Of a stretch of 64,000 nucleotides of DNA, positions 10,811 through 22,824 are shown one piece after another; the stretch's first letter is position 1; each line of letters begins with the position of its first letter. The stretch is from contig CP000071.1 of assembly GCA_000002445.1 (NCBI GenBank), positions 768,001 through 832,000 of the forward strand, read 5' to 3'. A program made the translations under genes and the position numbers. The DNA comes from Trypanosoma brucei (lineage: Eukaryota). The notes below the pieces were generated by a model that saw nothing but the letters and a program-made list of their open reading frames with translations, ran no database searches and was not told where the DNA came from.

Positions 10811-11217
10811 GTTCGGTTACCTCAAATATCCCTCATGAGGATATAATACAAGGTAGAAACAATCTTAACTGTGGTCAAGGAACGCGTGGAGTAAAAAAGC
10901 ACTCGCATATATAGTTTAGGAGGGAAGACAAAAAAAAATTTAAAGAAAAAAAGAGTCGAGGGGCACATCTCCTGCACACGCGTACACACAGGTATAATTT
11001 GTGTTTTCCTGTTTATTTGTTTGTTTCAGCACACAGAATCGGGTATTGACGTGCTGTGGCGATCGCTAGCACAAGATAAAGGGGAAGTGGTGTGAAGGTG
11101 CACAGAGGACACGACACCTCACGCAAACAGAGGGGGGGAAAGAAAATAGAAATAAAAGGGAAAAAAGCAAAGTAACGTGACGTAAACTCAAAAAGAGTAA
11201 TTGTCACACGGACCATA

Positions 11218-14200
11218 ATGACTAGTGAAGAGCAAAGACGGCAGTTGTATAACCGACAGGAATATGTTGTCGGTACGGAGACACAAGCAAAGTATGGATG
11301 CACGGATGTACTTGTCGTGGGGGCATGTGGACTGGGTGCGGAAATTATAAAGAATTTAACGCTCACTGGCGTGCGCTCTATCAAAGTATTGGACAACGGC
11401 CTTGCAACACTGCAGGACTTGGGCACAAACTTCTTTTTGACTCCCGCAGATATGGGTAAACCGCGCGCGGAAGTGGTGGCTGCGAGAGCACAGGAGCTGA
11501 ACCGTTTCGTTAGCGTAACTGCTGTCGACGTCCCTTTGCACGAGGTTATACCAGCAGTTCATGTGGTGGTCTTCGTTAACCAGCGCACAACACTGCTTCT
11601 TGCCGAAAACGCCATGGCACGAAAACATAACGTGAAATTTGTGGCATGTGAAAGCCGTGGCGTCGCTGGGTGCGTGTTTGTGGATGCCGGCCCCTCCTTT
11701 ACTGTGCTTGACCCCGACGGCGAGGAAACAGTTGTATGTGTCGTGACGAATATATCTCGGGATGGTGTTGTATCACTACATGAAGACAAGAAGCACGAGT
11801 GCGAAGTTGGCGGTCGCGTGTTTCTTACGGGTTTGGTATCGCCCGAGTCACTAAACTCGACGGTTGATCCCTTTGCTCTACACAACGGTCGGGCCACCAC
11901 CGAGTGCGCACAGGGTGATAATTCACCCACTGGGGCTTCGTCATCTCTGCGGCTGTTTGAAGTGTCGGAAGTCGTCTCACCCTTTCATCTGCGACTGAAA
12001 GACTTCGGCGCAATTGTTGGTGATTCCCCAATCGAAACAGGCTATGCATGCTACCTCCACACGACCAAACGGAAGGTCCTCGTGGGGTTTAAAGACCTTC
12101 AGCTCAGCGTGATGCAGCCAGAGTTTGTTACGTTGTTTGACAGCGAAAAGAAAATGATGGCCCCAATGACACTTCACGCCCTGTTCCGAGCTGTGCACAG
12201 CCATGGAAAGCTGCCGACGACACCAATCGAGGTTAGAGATGTGCTGAAGGCAGCCGAGGCGTACTTCAGTAGTGGAAATGATCAGGTGCACAATGGCTTT
12301 GATGTGGAGACTGCCGAGAGTATACTTTCAGTAATGCATGGTCGGCTTAACCCCATGGACTGCTTCATTGGTGGTCTTGCCTCGCAGGAGGTTCTCAAGG
12401 TGTGCAGCGGCAAATTCACTCCGCTGCGTCAGTGGTTGTACTACGATGCACGGGAGTTGCTTGTGGCACGGGGCGAGATGAGTGAAACCGGGTGCGTGTC
12501 AACCGCGCCAGGCGGGAGTCGTTATGATGGGCAAATTGCTGTTCTCGGCTCTTCTTTCCAGTCTTTCCTTTCTCGGCAGCGTGTCTTCATTGTGGGCGCG
12601 GGAGCACTCGGGTGTGAACTTATCAAGAACGTCGCATGCATGGGTTTTGGCGCCGTCTCCATTACAGACATGGACACCATTGAAATGAGTAACCTCTCAA
12701 GGCAGTTTCTCTTTCGCAACAGCCACATTGGGCAACAGAAGTCTAAAGTAGCGGGAGAGGCAGCACGTGCCATAAACGGTGATTTGAAGGTAAGCGCATA
12801 TCTGGAGAAGGTGGCGCAAGAAACAGAAAATGTGTTTGATGAGAAGTTCTGGGAGTCCCATTCTCTTGTACTCAACGCGCTTGACAATGTAGAAAGCCGG
12901 AAATATGTTGATGCGCGGTGCCTATTCTTCAGGAAACCCTTGTTTGAGAGCGGAACGCTCGGTCCAAAATGCAATGTTCAGTGCGTGATTCCGTATTGCA
13001 CTGAAAGTTACAGTAGCAGTTATGATCCACCGGAGAAGTCTATCCCGCTTTGCACGTTGAAAAACTTCCCCAACGTCATTGAGCACACTATTCAGTGGGC
13101 GCGGGATAACTTCGATGCCGTGTTTTTCAGCACGCCCAGTGATGTGAATGGCTACCTGGAAGACCCCACAACTTTTGCATCTAATTTGGAGCGGGACCCC
13201 GGAACGAAGTCAATTGTATTGAAGGCCGTTCGAGACGCGTTAGTGCAGTGGCCGAAGGATGCTGCCGACTGTGTCCGCATGGCGCGAAGTCTGTTCCACG
13301 AATATTTCAACTCGTCCTTCAGGCAGTTGCTACACAATCTTCCCCTTGACAAGCGCAATGACAACGGTGACCTCTTTTGGAGCGGTGCAAAGAAGCCGCC
13401 AAAACCTCAGGAGTTCAGCGTGGACTCTGAACTAAACGTTTCGTTTGTCTATCACTGTGCCAAACTTCTTGCACAGGTTTACAACCTGTCAGCCTTCACG
13501 CTGTCGGTGAAGGAGGTTGCAGAACTGGCGATGCAAGTAGCAGTTCCTGGTTTTGTACCACGTGAGGCGCGTTTCGAAACAAATGAGGCTGAGAACAAAG
13601 AGGGAGCCGCAGCACAACTTGTTGGTGACTTGACGATGCAAGATCTTCCTCCAGTGAGTCAATTTAACTCTCGGCGAATGAACCCACTGGTGTTTGAAAA
13701 GGACGACCCCAATAATTCCCACATGGACTACATCACAGCTTGCTCAAACCTCCGTGCCACGGCGTATAGCATTCCTCCGGCGGATGTTCACTATACAAAA
13801 CGCATTGCTGGAAGAATCATCCCTGCAATGGTAACAACAACGGCCCTAGTTACTGGGCTAGTGGGGATAGAAGCACTCAAGTACCTCCTCCTCGCGCATC
13901 GTGAGAATGGTGCACAGGGACTTGCTAAGGCCAATCCAATAACAGAGAAAGTACAGGAGGAGTATCTGAGTTTGTACCGCAATGCGTTTGTTAATGTCGC
14001 ACTGCCCTTCATGGCTTTCTCCGACCCCATCGCCGCTCCTGCAAAGACAGTTCCGATGCCCGACGGCTCATCGGTCCGCTGGGGAATTTGGGATCGCATT
14101 GATATTAATGAAGGCCGTGACATCACCGTGAAGGAGCTCGTTAGTATCCTTGAGAAACGGCATCAGCTGGAAATATTCATCATTGCGTTACCATGTGGAA

Positions 14201-14385
14201 AGATGGTATACTCACAGTTTGGTAATGTGAAGGACCGCGACAAACCAGTCTCCGTTGTCGTGCGCGAAAAGACAAAAGGGGAGGAAAAAGATGAGCTGAG
14301 TTGCATTTGCTTTGTCGCCACGGGGAGCATCGGAGATAATGACGTGGATATTCCTCTAATTTATTACAGGTACAAGGATTTTTAA
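11218..14385 (+). CDS. UBA1: Ubiquitin-activating enzyme E1 (UBA1 family)
   Basis: Two ThiF/MoeB adenylation folds. The first is YNRQEYVVG...[22 protein letters not shown] (the inactive half). The second is [41 protein letters not shown]...[18 protein letters not shown] (the ATP-binding half). The catalytic-cysteine context is [25 protein letters not shown] and there is a C-terminal ubiquitin-fold domain. 1055 aa is typical for E1. Confidence 0.92.
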   Translation: MTSEEQRRQLYNRQEYVVGTETQAKYGCTDVLVVGACGLGAEIIKNLTLTGVRSIKVLDNGLATLQDLGTNFFLTPADMGKPRAEVVAARAQELNRFVSVTAVDVPLHEVIPAVHVVVFVNQRTTLLLAENAMARKHNVKFVACESRGVAGCVFVDAGPSFTVLDPDGEETVVCVVTNISRDGVVSLHEDKKHECEVGGRVFLTGLVSPESLNSTVDPFALHNGRATTECAQGDNSPTGASSSLRLFEVSEVVSPFHLRLKDFGAIVGDSPIETGYACYLHTTKRKVLVGFKDLQLSVMQPEFVTLFDSEKKMMAPMTLHALFRAVHSHGKLPTTPIEVRDVLKAAEAYFSSGNDQVHNGFDVETAESILSVMHGRLNPMDCFIGGLASQEVLKVCSGKFTPLRQWLYYDARELLVARGEMSETGCVSTAPGGSRYDGQIAVLGSSFQSFLSRQRVFIVGAGALGCELIKNVACMGFGAVSITDMDTIEMSNLSRQFLFRNSHIGQQKSKVAGEAARAINGDLKVSAYLEKVAQETENVFDEKFWESHSLVLNALDNVESRKYVDARCLFFRKPLFESGTLGPKCNVQCVIPYCTESYSSSYDPPEKSIPLCTLKNFPNVIEHTIQWARDNFDAVFFSTPSDVNGYLEDPTTFASNLERDPGTKSIVLKAVRDALVQWPKDAADCVRMARSLFHEYFNSSFRQLLHNLPLDKRNDNGDLFWSGAKKPPKPQEFSVDSELNVSFVYHCAKLLAQVYNLSAFTLSVKEVAELAMQVAVPGFVPREARFETNEAENKEGAAAQLVGDLTMQDLPPVSQFNSRRMNPLVFEKDDPNNSHMDYITACSNLRATAYSIPPADVHYTKRIAGRIIPAMVTTTALVTGLVGIEALKYLLLAHRENGAQGLAKANPITEKVQEEYLSLYRNAFVNVALPFMAFSDPIAAPAKTVPMPDGSSVRWGIWDRIDINEGRDITVKELVSILEKRHQLEIFIIALPCGKMVYSQFGNVKDRDKPVSVVVREKTKGEEKDELSCICFVATGSIGDNDVDIPLIYYRYKDF

Positions 14386-15571
14386 ACAATTTCTGCCGTG
14401 TCTTCACCTCAAAGCACGAAAACTTCTAACGCGCCAATCCTTCGATCTACTCGCTTCTGCTGAGCCTTTTAGCCAGTGAGGTCTTTTCCCTCTGTACGGA
14501 AGGGAGAAAAGTAGAAGTGGTATCCTTTCTTTCTGTTTTGGGGAACCATGGGGCCGCCTAGCGATAAATGTAGGGGGGGGATGGTGAGCAAGGAGAAAGC
14601 AAACAACAGAAAAAAATACGCAAGAGAAAAAAAAAGATGAAAAGGGAAGAGAAGATAAGGTAAGATAAGAGGGACAAACGGGACAGCAACAGAAGCAAAA
14701 AAAAGAAAAAAAATCTGGCTATCTGCGGACACGATAATGGGAGAAAAGGAAAGTATATATGTACCCAATTATATACGTTCTTTAACGGGGGCGAGTGTGG
14801 AGCCACTGGATGTTTGTGATCGCATTTTGTTTTTTTTCCCTTTTGTGTGTGGGCATTTTGTTTTTTGCCTGGGAAGAGGATATGAGCAGATAAGACATGT
14901 GAAAGGTCGGTCGCAACGTGAGAGTCACTACACCGGATGGAAATTACCATAGGGGCAAAAAAATAAATAAAAATGGAGAAAAGTTGTGGAAAGTGCATGA
15001 ATGGCAATATCTGGTTTCCAGGGAGCATGTTGATTCAGTTGAAAAAAAAAAATGAATACACTTATGATGGTTTAATAAAGCGATCGGCTCTCAATTTCAC
15101 AGAAGATAACACGTTTATTATCATTATTGTTGTTATTATTCTCCCATCCCCCCCCCCGCGATGCAAAAGCCACACAGCACCACAGCAGCTGACGGGAAGG
15201 GTCTTTCCCTCCCATTTTCACTTTTCTTGTTTCTTTCCGGGGGGTTCATACGCTTCCTCTTTGCAACACCATTCTGTCAAACTCTTAAGGGCACGTCCCC
15301 CTGTTTTGGTTTCCCACCTCTCTTCCACCATCATTGTCCTATTTGTTATTATTATTACTATTGCTGTTGTTGTTTTTTGACCTCCGGCACTGACACACGT
15401 GCATATGCACGTATATGTGTGCTCTGGCATGCGCTTATGTAGAGTGCAGGAAAGACCTATAAACAGGTGTTTTTCGATGACAGTGAGGAAGGCGGAGAAC
15501 ACAGCAGAATATAGGAAAGGCAAAAGCACAAAAGTAGGTACAGCCGGAACCACTCTCGTACCGCGACGGTG

Positions 15572-16633
15572 ATGCGCCACTTCAGATTAAACCGTTGCTC
15601 TTACACGCCGAACCTAACCTCGCTAACTAATCAGGTGAACCGTAGTGAACGATTGCGCAAGTGGGGCAGTGTTGGTGTCCCACCCGGTTTTCCCCGCATC
15701 CCTCGACTCGAAGCAAAGGGCATTGCCATATTACATGAATCTCCCAAAGTGATACTTGCCGGTCGCAGCCGATGCAACAACTTTGACAGCAATCAGTACA
15801 TGTTAATTAACAAGGCGACCAAACGTTGTTTGTTGGTTGATGCATCCGACGACTGGCCAGACGACTGGGCCGCATTTATTGGAGCTTCTGACTTGACCTT
15901 AACACATGTGTTCCTCACGCATTGCCACATCGACAATATTATTAACCTGAATGCTTTTCTCACTATATGCGGCAGCCGGCAGAAGCAACGAGTTCAAGTC
16001 GACAGCCAGGATAATGATAACCGCGAGGACGATAATGGGAGTGATGAAATCGGTGTTATGTGGTGTCCAGCAGAGGAATGTTGGGTGCAAAACTTTAAGC
16101 GGTCCTGCGAAAGGTACGGAAGGTTCGAGGAGATGCACCAGGTGCTTCCCATGATGTGCCGTAGCCTTTACACGCCCCAGCACTTAGTGGACCCGGTAAT
16201 AGCTGGTTTCTCTCGTCGCAATGCCCGGCACCTTCGGCGGAACGATGTGCTGCTGTCAGCGGCCACGAATCGGGCAACGTCGTTTATTGACTTTGGTAAC
16301 GGCGTACTCCTTTATTACATATTTTCCCCAGGCCACTCCCCTGGCCACATGATGCTTCACATACCAACGGAAAGAATCCTTTTCAGTGGTGACCTTCTCT
16401 TCTTCAACAAGGTGGGCCGAGTGGATTTGCCCTGGGCGACGGGCGTACGGCTCGCTGAGAGCCTGCGCCTGTTAGAAGCACTTCCAGACAATACCGTTGT
16501 GGTTCCGGGCCACGGCCGCATGACGACGCTGGGTCGTGAAAGGCGTGAGAATGAGGCGCTGCAACAGTGTTATCAACGACAGGAGATTGGGAAACAAGAG
16601 GTGTCAGTGGGTTTTAATGAAGGCTATCTTTAA
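15572..16633 (+). CDS. Metallo-beta-lactamase-fold hydrolase (glyoxalase II-like superfamily) with a basic N-terminal extension
   Basis: THCHIDN (HxHxDH zinc motif), SPGHSPGHMM and VVPGHG histidine motifs in canonical MBL order. The track start at 15569 is a GTG. The first ATG is at 15572. Confidence 0.8.
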   Translation: MRHFRLNRCSYTPNLTSLTNQVNRSERLRKWGSVGVPPGFPRIPRLEAKGIAILHESPKVILAGRSRCNNFDSNQYMLINKATKRCLLVDASDDWPDDWAAFIGASDLTLTHVFLTHCHIDNIINLNAFLTICGSRQKQRVQVDSQDNDNREDDNGSDEIGVMWCPAEECWVQNFKRSCERYGRFEEMHQVLPMMCRSLYTPQHLVDPVIAGFSRRNARHLRRNDVLLSAATNRATSFIDFGNGVLLYYIFSPGHSPGHMMLHIPTERILFSGDLLFFNKVGRVDLPWATGVRLAESLRLLEALPDNTVVVPGHGRMTTLGRERRENEALQQCYQRQEIGKQEVSVGFNEGYL

Positions 16634-17064
16634 TGTGGAAACTTGTGGGAAAAACTGGAAGGAGAGGAAGTCGGTGGCGTTTTGCTCCTTTCGGGGCCCG
16701 TAACGACCTCTTCACTATTCCCTTACCTTACTATTTATCGGGGGGTGGAGGTGCGCACACATATAAAGAGATGAAAGAAGATGCACCGACTGTAACATAA
16801 CATTGGCCCAAGTGCTCGATTTCTCACTCCACTCATTAATGCAGCCATACATATGCTTTTTTTCCCCCACTCTTTTCTTCTCACACCCCACCTGCCCCGA
16901 AATAGTCCCTGAGAGGGAGGTTTTATTTTTCTTTTTTTGTGGGTCTGCTTCGGCCGCATCAACAGCAGCCGACAACACCCAATCTGCGCAAGCAGGAAAA
17001 CGTAGGGAATATCGTGCCAAGTAGTCAGGTCAACGTGCCTCATTAACTCTCCCTTCAAGCAACG

Positions 17065-20000
17065 ATGTCGGTTACAGTGAACGCTGTTCGTGAGTCTGCA
17101 GAGGCTGTCAGCCTAACTATACTCTCATGTGAGCCCGCGCAGCAGAAAATAGCCGTCAGGTTCGGTGGCTCACATGGTGGTTGGCGTTGGATCGATGTTC
17201 CCACAAACACACCTGTTATATTAGAGCGCATGCGTCCGGAGGCAGGGGCAGAAAGCAGTGAGGGCCCTACCAGTAATGGTGCTGCAATGGAGGGGTGTGA
17301 GGAATATGAATTAGCCGTCACACCGTCTCCCCCTGTGGATGGGCGCGATGAGAGTGTTTGCTCGTTGGTCGGAGTCGATACCCGTCAAGTGGTTCAAAAG
17401 CCCGTTTTATTGAGTGGTGCAGATGAAGGAGGTCGTGTTTTTGAGCTTTTGTTGAAATGGACCCTGTTGGATGCAACTCCCACACCGCGGGAGTCAACAC
17501 CCGATAAAGCACCTGAAGATCACTCGGGCACGGAAACGGAAACACGGAATGAAGAGGAAGTAATTGTGGATACTGCGAATAAAGACGATGAGAAGGGTGA
17601 GGAAGCACCCCCGCCTCCTCCAATCGTTGCTCAACCCGACGAAAGTAAGGAGAAGGAAATATCCGAGAATCCCAGTGGTCACGATTCCCCCAAAGACAAA
17701 AGAGTTGAGCGACACGTTAACCCTGTGAAAGAATTGGAGGAGCCCAAACAGCAAGAGGCAGAGCGAGAGCCGCAACAAGAGCAAGCCCCACAACCTCGGT
17801 GCAACCAGAGTGAGTGGAAATGGAAAAGCAGCGTGATTCCAACACTCCCCGCGGATGTTTCGGCGGCACGCCACGTGCTCATTGCCACAATCGTATCAGT
17901 ACAGCAACCCGCAGTGTTACCGAATCGGCATGTAGTGGTAAAGCTAGGTATTGAGGCGCCCAATGAGCGCATGTCCCTTTTGCCGCTGTTGCGAACAAGG
18001 GCGGTTACACAGTATGATGCAGTAAAGGTTGCACAGATGGGGCCACCGGTGCTGTTTCCACTCTCAGAAAATGTTTCCGTTTATTGCGCCGTAGCGGATA
18101 AACGTGCAGATCATCCGAGTGATAGTGGTGGGATTGGGAGAAGGGTGTATCGCAGAGGCAGGCCCGCACCCACCAAATCACCCGGCAGATCGCTTGCAAG
18201 GATCCCAAAGGCCGAGTTGGATAAACACGCCGCGGAGAAGGCTTCCAAACCACACACGGCGACCTCGGGTGAATGTACTTTTTCCTTGCCCCAACGAATT
18301 GAGGGCACAGGCAACAGTGACAATGCCGGTGGTGGAAGGAATGGAGGTGCCAGTGTGTTTCATTGGGAGAAGCATTCCCACATGGAGCATGCGTACATTG
18401 CCCACGGTACAGTACAATGCGGAAACAACGAGGTAGAACTGGCCTTCCTCCGAATGACAGTCGGGGCGTACCGCGACGCGTGTCGAGGGCACGGTGCCGC
18501 CAGACGGAATGGATTTGGCACCGTCGAGGTTCGCGTGGAAGACATTGAATTAAACGAAACAACCGAAAAACAGCGGCCAGAGCATGATAACACCCTGGTG
18601 GAAGTTTGGCTGACACAACCGGAAGTGGATGCCGTTAGCGGTACCCATAGTGACAGGACCGGCGCAGCCGCTGCGGCATCCACTTCCACAAAAAACAGCT
18701 CGGGGTGCCGCCATCTGGTGCTCCTAAGTAGCAGTAATTGCATTCAGCCGCTGCATTTTCCTGTGAGCGAACCCTTCGCATATCTTTCTTGGGCAGTGGT
18801 ACCAGCACAACAGAAACAAGGTGTTCAGGAAAATGTACTTCATGGCGCTGCGCCCATATGTCTCGTGCGGCCGGGTGTTTGGACACCAATCACAATAAAA
18901 CTTAGAGACAGGAATAAATCCGCCTCCTTTATTAAACTTTGGTACTGCTTCACTAGCGACGGTCGCAGCGGGATGGACGACCCCAGTCGGCCATATCATC
19001 CAGCTTCAAAGAGCACTGATGATGGCAATTGTTATTCACTTCGAGTTTACTTAGACAGTTGCACCAACCTCTACCCCCTAGTGCAACTATACTCTCGTGA
19101 TGGTAATGCGAAGGCATTCCGCCTCTTGATCATGGACCCAGAGGACGAGGTAGCCGTATCCGCCTCTCGTCCTATGGACTTGAATGACATGCAGCTCTAC
19201 TGTAACTACAAAGGGGGAGAAGACAGGACACCCCCCGCCATTAAGCTTCTGTTTACGCGAGTATTCCCCTCGCATGCTCTGTACCGTTCCAGTGACTATA
19301 CAGTATCGAATACTGGCGAGCAAGCAGGCACTTGCAGCGTTACGTTTTTATGCCGATTGTTTGCATTTGCCTCAGTTGCCGAAGCTCACGCAATGAACAA
19401 CGCCCACTGCATAGGCGAGGGACGTGTAGTTGTCTTCCCTGGCAATGTGGTCAATGGCAAAGACGGAACAAACCTGGACATTGATGTGCACGTGGCCGTT
19501 GATGGCATGTTTACCCCGGGTCCCGTTGCCGTGAAACCGACCGCGGTTACGTCCCCGCCACCATGCACTGTGCTTAGAATGCGCGGAGAAGTGGAACGGG
19601 CACCTTGCGGGGAGGGAGATGCAGTGATATGCGTACGCTCCGTTCAGCTTTTCCATCGGCAGCAGCAACAAAAAAGACGCGGTCGAGTGGTGTGGACCGA
19701 TGGGGGTTTGTCTGCAGTGTACGCGTGCTTCTGGCTCTGCCGTGGACTAAGTGGTGGTGGCGTGAAGGAGTGGAAAGAAGCACTTAAGGGTTGTCAAGTG
19801 TTAACGCTCACACCTAAGCAACAGAGGCATCACCACCACCAGCAGCAGCAGGAGGTGTCGTTGCAGTGTAACGAATTCGTCCTTTCTACAGGTGGAGAGA
19901 AGCTTGTGTTGTGCGCTGTTTTCATTCCTAAAACGACGGAAACTGTTGACGACGAGGCCAAGGTGCGTAACACCGCCTCTAACTTGCTGAGGAAGCTGGT

Positions 20001-22824
20001 GCGCAAAGTGAACAAAAAGAAACAGGAAAGCGAGTCCGGTTTACGTCATGTGCAGGGAACCATGAGGGCCCTGAATTACTTAGAAGTTGACCTAACGCTG
20101 TCCGCAGCTGCACAAGGTGCCGTTGTGGGAACCGCGCATATCAACGACGAACTATTGCTACAACTAAAAGCGGCGTGGGTCAAAGTACCATCAGGTGTCG
20201 GCGCTGCAACTGTCCCCCGTGGGTCCGCAACCCAACCGGTAGATCAGCCTTCACCACATTTATGGGCGCTTCGCCTGACATTCCCCACGCAACCCGCCCG
20301 GTCCCATGTGAACGTACATGTCAAATCCTGGCCTGTTGCATATGACGACCTTTCACATGAGCAACAGCAAACATTCAATTCAAACCTGGTCAAGGCACAT
20401 AGAGGCGGTGGTGCCGCAACTAAAGTGGACTCGACCATGTCAAGTGCCTTTTATATTGTGCGCCCACTTCGTTTAGAGCCAGCAGAGGGGGAATGGACAT
20501 TGTTCATCTTCGGTGACGCCTGCACCACACGCACTCGATTAGCTGCCTCCGTAGGGGAAACGGTGCTAGAGCATGTTGTAGTAGACTATCTTCTCCCTCA
20601 GTCCTTGTCGCTTGCCAAAGGTGTTATCGTTGACTGTTTTCATGGCTCTCTCCATGCGGATGAGGCAGGTGAACTGAAACGAAGAGCTGAGGGTGAGCAA
20701 CGGTGGCGCCGAAAGTTGAGGGAGGACCCAAGCATACAACAGCCATGTCAACTATTTGTGCCCTTCACCTCACTAGCGATATCAGCTGACGGTAGTGACC
20801 CAGTCACCTTGCGTTATCACACGCTAACGCGCTGCACAGATGATGGAGCGTTGCTCATCGGTGCCGCCACGTCTAATGGGAAAGGCGCCATATTTCATTA
20901 TAATATCAACGAGAACACATGGTCTGTCCTCCCCATTCGTGCTCCCCAAGATGGCAAAGACAAAAAGCGCCGTGAGCAAGGCAAGAGGGACAACAACGGA
21001 GCTGAAGACGCAGATAATTCTCAGCAGGCTAGCCATTTTTCCACGCGATGCATTACAAGCCGTCATGGTCACACAACAGTTTGCTCTTCAACAGAAAAGT
21101 GTGCCTACGTCTATGGCGGGATCGGCATCGGTGGAACAGATCCAGAGGCAGCAACAGCAGCGGTGGCCGAAAGCAACAGAAGTGACAAGAGTGCTGCACT
21201 TAGCCCAAAACTAGGCTCCACCTCCAGCCCTAAGTGGCCTGTAGGGTTTATGCGTGATATCTGGTGCATTAACTATGCTGAAGGAACAGCAACTTGTCTG
21301 TGCAGTGGCGAGAACCAAACGGTGTCTGCTCCAATCTCTCGGTGGCGGCACGCAGCGGCATTTCACAACGACAGCGTAATCATCATTGGGGGTAGAACGG
21401 CTCCGGCTCTCCAACAAGAAGGTGCGAAGGAAACAAACGAAGAAAAGCTACTGACGGAGGAGGAAACCCAAAAGAAACAGGAAGACGGTCAAACCTTTTA
21501 TCAGTCTCACGGCGGTGAGGAGGAAGATTTATTGCTTCGTAGGGATGGCTTATGCAGCTGTTGCTCTCTCCTCGTATTTGACTTGAATCGTCGTGCGTGG
21601 GGCACACAAACAACTTCGGGCGCTACACCAGCACCAAGGTATGGTCACGCCAGCGCTGTGCTCGGCACCTGCGTGTATATCTTCGGCGGTATGACCCAAC
21701 GAAACCACCTTCTGGACGATTTGCACGAGCTCGATATTGCCACGAACACCTGGCGCCGTGTGGAATACAACGGTGCTGTTGCACCACCACCTTCGCACCT
21801 CGCTGCCATGGAAGCCATAACGGTTTCTAATACACCGTGTTTGGTACTTACCGTGGGCGCCGCAGGCAATGGCGAAGAGCGTGAGGCTGGCGATGCTGCG
21901 GAGCGCGGTGTAGACGCACTGAGGTTGTACCTGTTCTCGCACGCGTCGCAGTTTTGGCGTAGGCTTCGCTTCAATTGCGCGCCGTTGCCTGCACCCGTGG
22001 GGGTTGCCATGTGTGATGCCACACCGGCTTCGATGCGACAACATGGCAGACGCCAGCAGCCGCTACGGCATCGCTCCCTTCCCCTGAATAAGGCAGTGTT
22101 GTTCAGAATGTTGGTTGTTGGAGGGATGAAAGCCGGCTCCCCGAACAAGGGCAGTGCGTACATTGCTGATTATGGGCTGGAACGCGAGAGCACCATTAGG
22201 CCCGTTGTGCCGACACTTCTTAATGTTGCGCGGGACGTGATTGCCGAGAGGCGCCAGGATGAACGAAGAGAACCCCCGCACTCTGCGGATCTCAGAAACA
22301 TAAATCTAGAACGATCACCAATAAGAAAGGGAATCGGCCAGCGTACAGCTTCATCGCTATGTACAACGCCGAGGGGGGCCCGCAGTGGCCGCAAACCCTA
22401 CAAAAGTGGTCCTCTGAAGATAGCTTACCGTTCCTCGTCGGCGGGACCACTCACGCAAGACCAACAGCGCGGTCTCATACACCGTTTGTACTACAACCAG
22501 TGCCACGCCCAAGAGGAGCGTAAAAAGGGAGAGTTGCAGGAACAACCGCGATCAGGAAAGATGCCCATCAGCGGACGAAAATATAATCCGCACCCGCCCA
22601 TGCAGCGGAAGGCTTGGGGGGCGCCGGCGGCTCCTCGCGCCGACTGCATGCGACCCCGCAAACCGGCAACAGCAGGGCCGTACCGCAACCATAGGCACCT
22701 TGACTCATCTGGCGATACGCAAATAAAACCCCAGAATGACAGCAGAGGAGAGGAATTAACTGCAACAGCGCCGCCGACGCCAGTTGTAGCAGCGGGGCGC
22801 CGGCTTAGCGATCCAGAAAACTAA
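17065..22824 (+). CDS. Large (1919 aa) hypothetical protein with a C-terminal-half kelch-type beta-propeller, poly-Q/His runs and an Arg-rich basic tail
   Basis: Repeated kelch blades: GAIFHYNINENTWSVLP, HGHTTVCSSTEKCAYVYGGIG, RWRHAAAFHNDSVIIIGGR, PRYGHASAVLGTCVYIFGGM...LHELDIATNTWRRV. Low-complexity runs include QQRHHHHQQQQ. The tail is R/P-rich. The ATG at 17065 follows a polypyrimidine tract at 16860-16950. Confidence 0.8.
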   Translation: MSVTVNAVRESAEAVSLTILSCEPAQQKIAVRFGGSHGGWRWIDVPTNTPVILERMRPEAGAESSEGPTSNGAAMEGCEEYELAVTPSPPVDGRDESVCSLVGVDTRQVVQKPVLLSGADEGGRVFELLLKWTLLDATPTPRESTPDKAPEDHSGTETETRNEEEVIVDTANKDDEKGEEAPPPPPIVAQPDESKEKEISENPSGHDSPKDKRVERHVNPVKELEEPKQQEAEREPQQEQAPQPRCNQSEWKWKSSVIPTLPADVSAARHVLIATIVSVQQPAVLPNRHVVVKLGIEAPNERMSLLPLLRTRAVTQYDAVKVAQMGPPVLFPLSENVSVYCAVADKRADHPSDSGGIGRRVYRRGRPAPTKSPGRSLARIPKAELDKHAAEKASKPHTATSGECTFSLPQRIEGTGNSDNAGGGRNGGASVFHWEKHSHMEHAYIAHGTVQCGNNEVELAFLRMTVGAYRDACRGHGAARRNGFGTVEVRVEDIELNETTEKQRPEHDNTLVEVWLTQPEVDAVSGTHSDRTGAAAAASTSTKNSSGCRHLVLLSSSNCIQPLHFPVSEPFAYLSWAVVPAQQKQGVQENVLHGAAPICLVRPGVWTPITIKLRDRNKSASFIKLWYCFTSDGRSGMDDPSRPYHPASKSTDDGNCYSLRVYLDSCTNLYPLVQLYSRDGNAKAFRLLIMDPEDEVAVSASRPMDLNDMQLYCNYKGGEDRTPPAIKLLFTRVFPSHALYRSSDYTVSNTGEQAGTCSVTFLCRLFAFASVAEAHAMNNAHCIGEGRVVVFPGNVVNGKDGTNLDIDVHVAVDGMFTPGPVAVKPTAVTSPPPCTVLRMRGEVERAPCGEGDAVICVRSVQLFHRQQQQKRRGRVVWTDGGLSAVYACFWLCRGLSGGGVKEWKEALKGCQVLTLTPKQQRHHHHQQQQEVSLQCNEFVLSTGGEKLVLCAVFIPKTTETVDDEAKVRNTASNLLRKLVRKVNKKKQESESGLRHVQGTMRALNYLEVDLTLSAAAQGAVVGTAHINDELLLQLKAAWVKVPSGVGAATVPRGSATQPVDQPSPHLWALRLTFPTQPARSHVNVHVKSWPVAYDDLSHEQQQTFNSNLVKAHRGGGAATKVDSTMSSAFYIVRPLRLEPAEGEWTLFIFGDACTTRTRLAASVGETVLEHVVVDYLLPQSLSLAKGVIVDCFHGSLHADEAGELKRRAEGEQRWRRKLREDPSIQQPCQLFVPFTSLAISADGSDPVTLRYHTLTRCTDDGALLIGAATSNGKGAIFHYNINENTWSVLPIRAPQDGKDKKRREQGKRDNNGAEDADNSQQASHFSTRCITSRHGHTTVCSSTEKCAYVYGGIGIGGTDPEAATAAVAESNRSDKSAALSPKLGSTSSPKWPVGFMRDIWCINYAEGTATCLCSGENQTVSAPISRWRHAAAFHNDSVIIIGGRTAPALQQEGAKETNEEKLLTEEETQKKQEDGQTFYQSHGGEEEDLLLRRDGLCSCCSLLVFDLNRRAWGTQTTSGATPAPRYGHASAVLGTCVYIFGGMTQRNHLLDDLHELDIATNTWRRVEYNGAVAPPPSHLAAMEAITVSNTPCLVLTVGAAGNGEEREAGDAAERGVDALRLYLFSHASQFWRRLRFNCAPLPAPVGVAMCDATPASMRQHGRRQQPLRHRSLPLNKAVLFRMLVVGGMKAGSPNKGSAYIADYGLERESTIRPVVPTLLNVARDVIAERRQDERREPPHSADLRNINLERSPIRKGIGQRTASSLCTTPRGARSGRKPYKSGPLKIAYRSSSAGPLTQDQQRGLIHRLYYNQCHAQEERKKGELQEQPRSGKMPISGRKYNPHPPMQRKAWGAPAAPRADCMRPRKPATAGPYRNHRHLDSSGDTQIKPQNDSRGEELTATAPPTPVVAAGRRLSDPEN

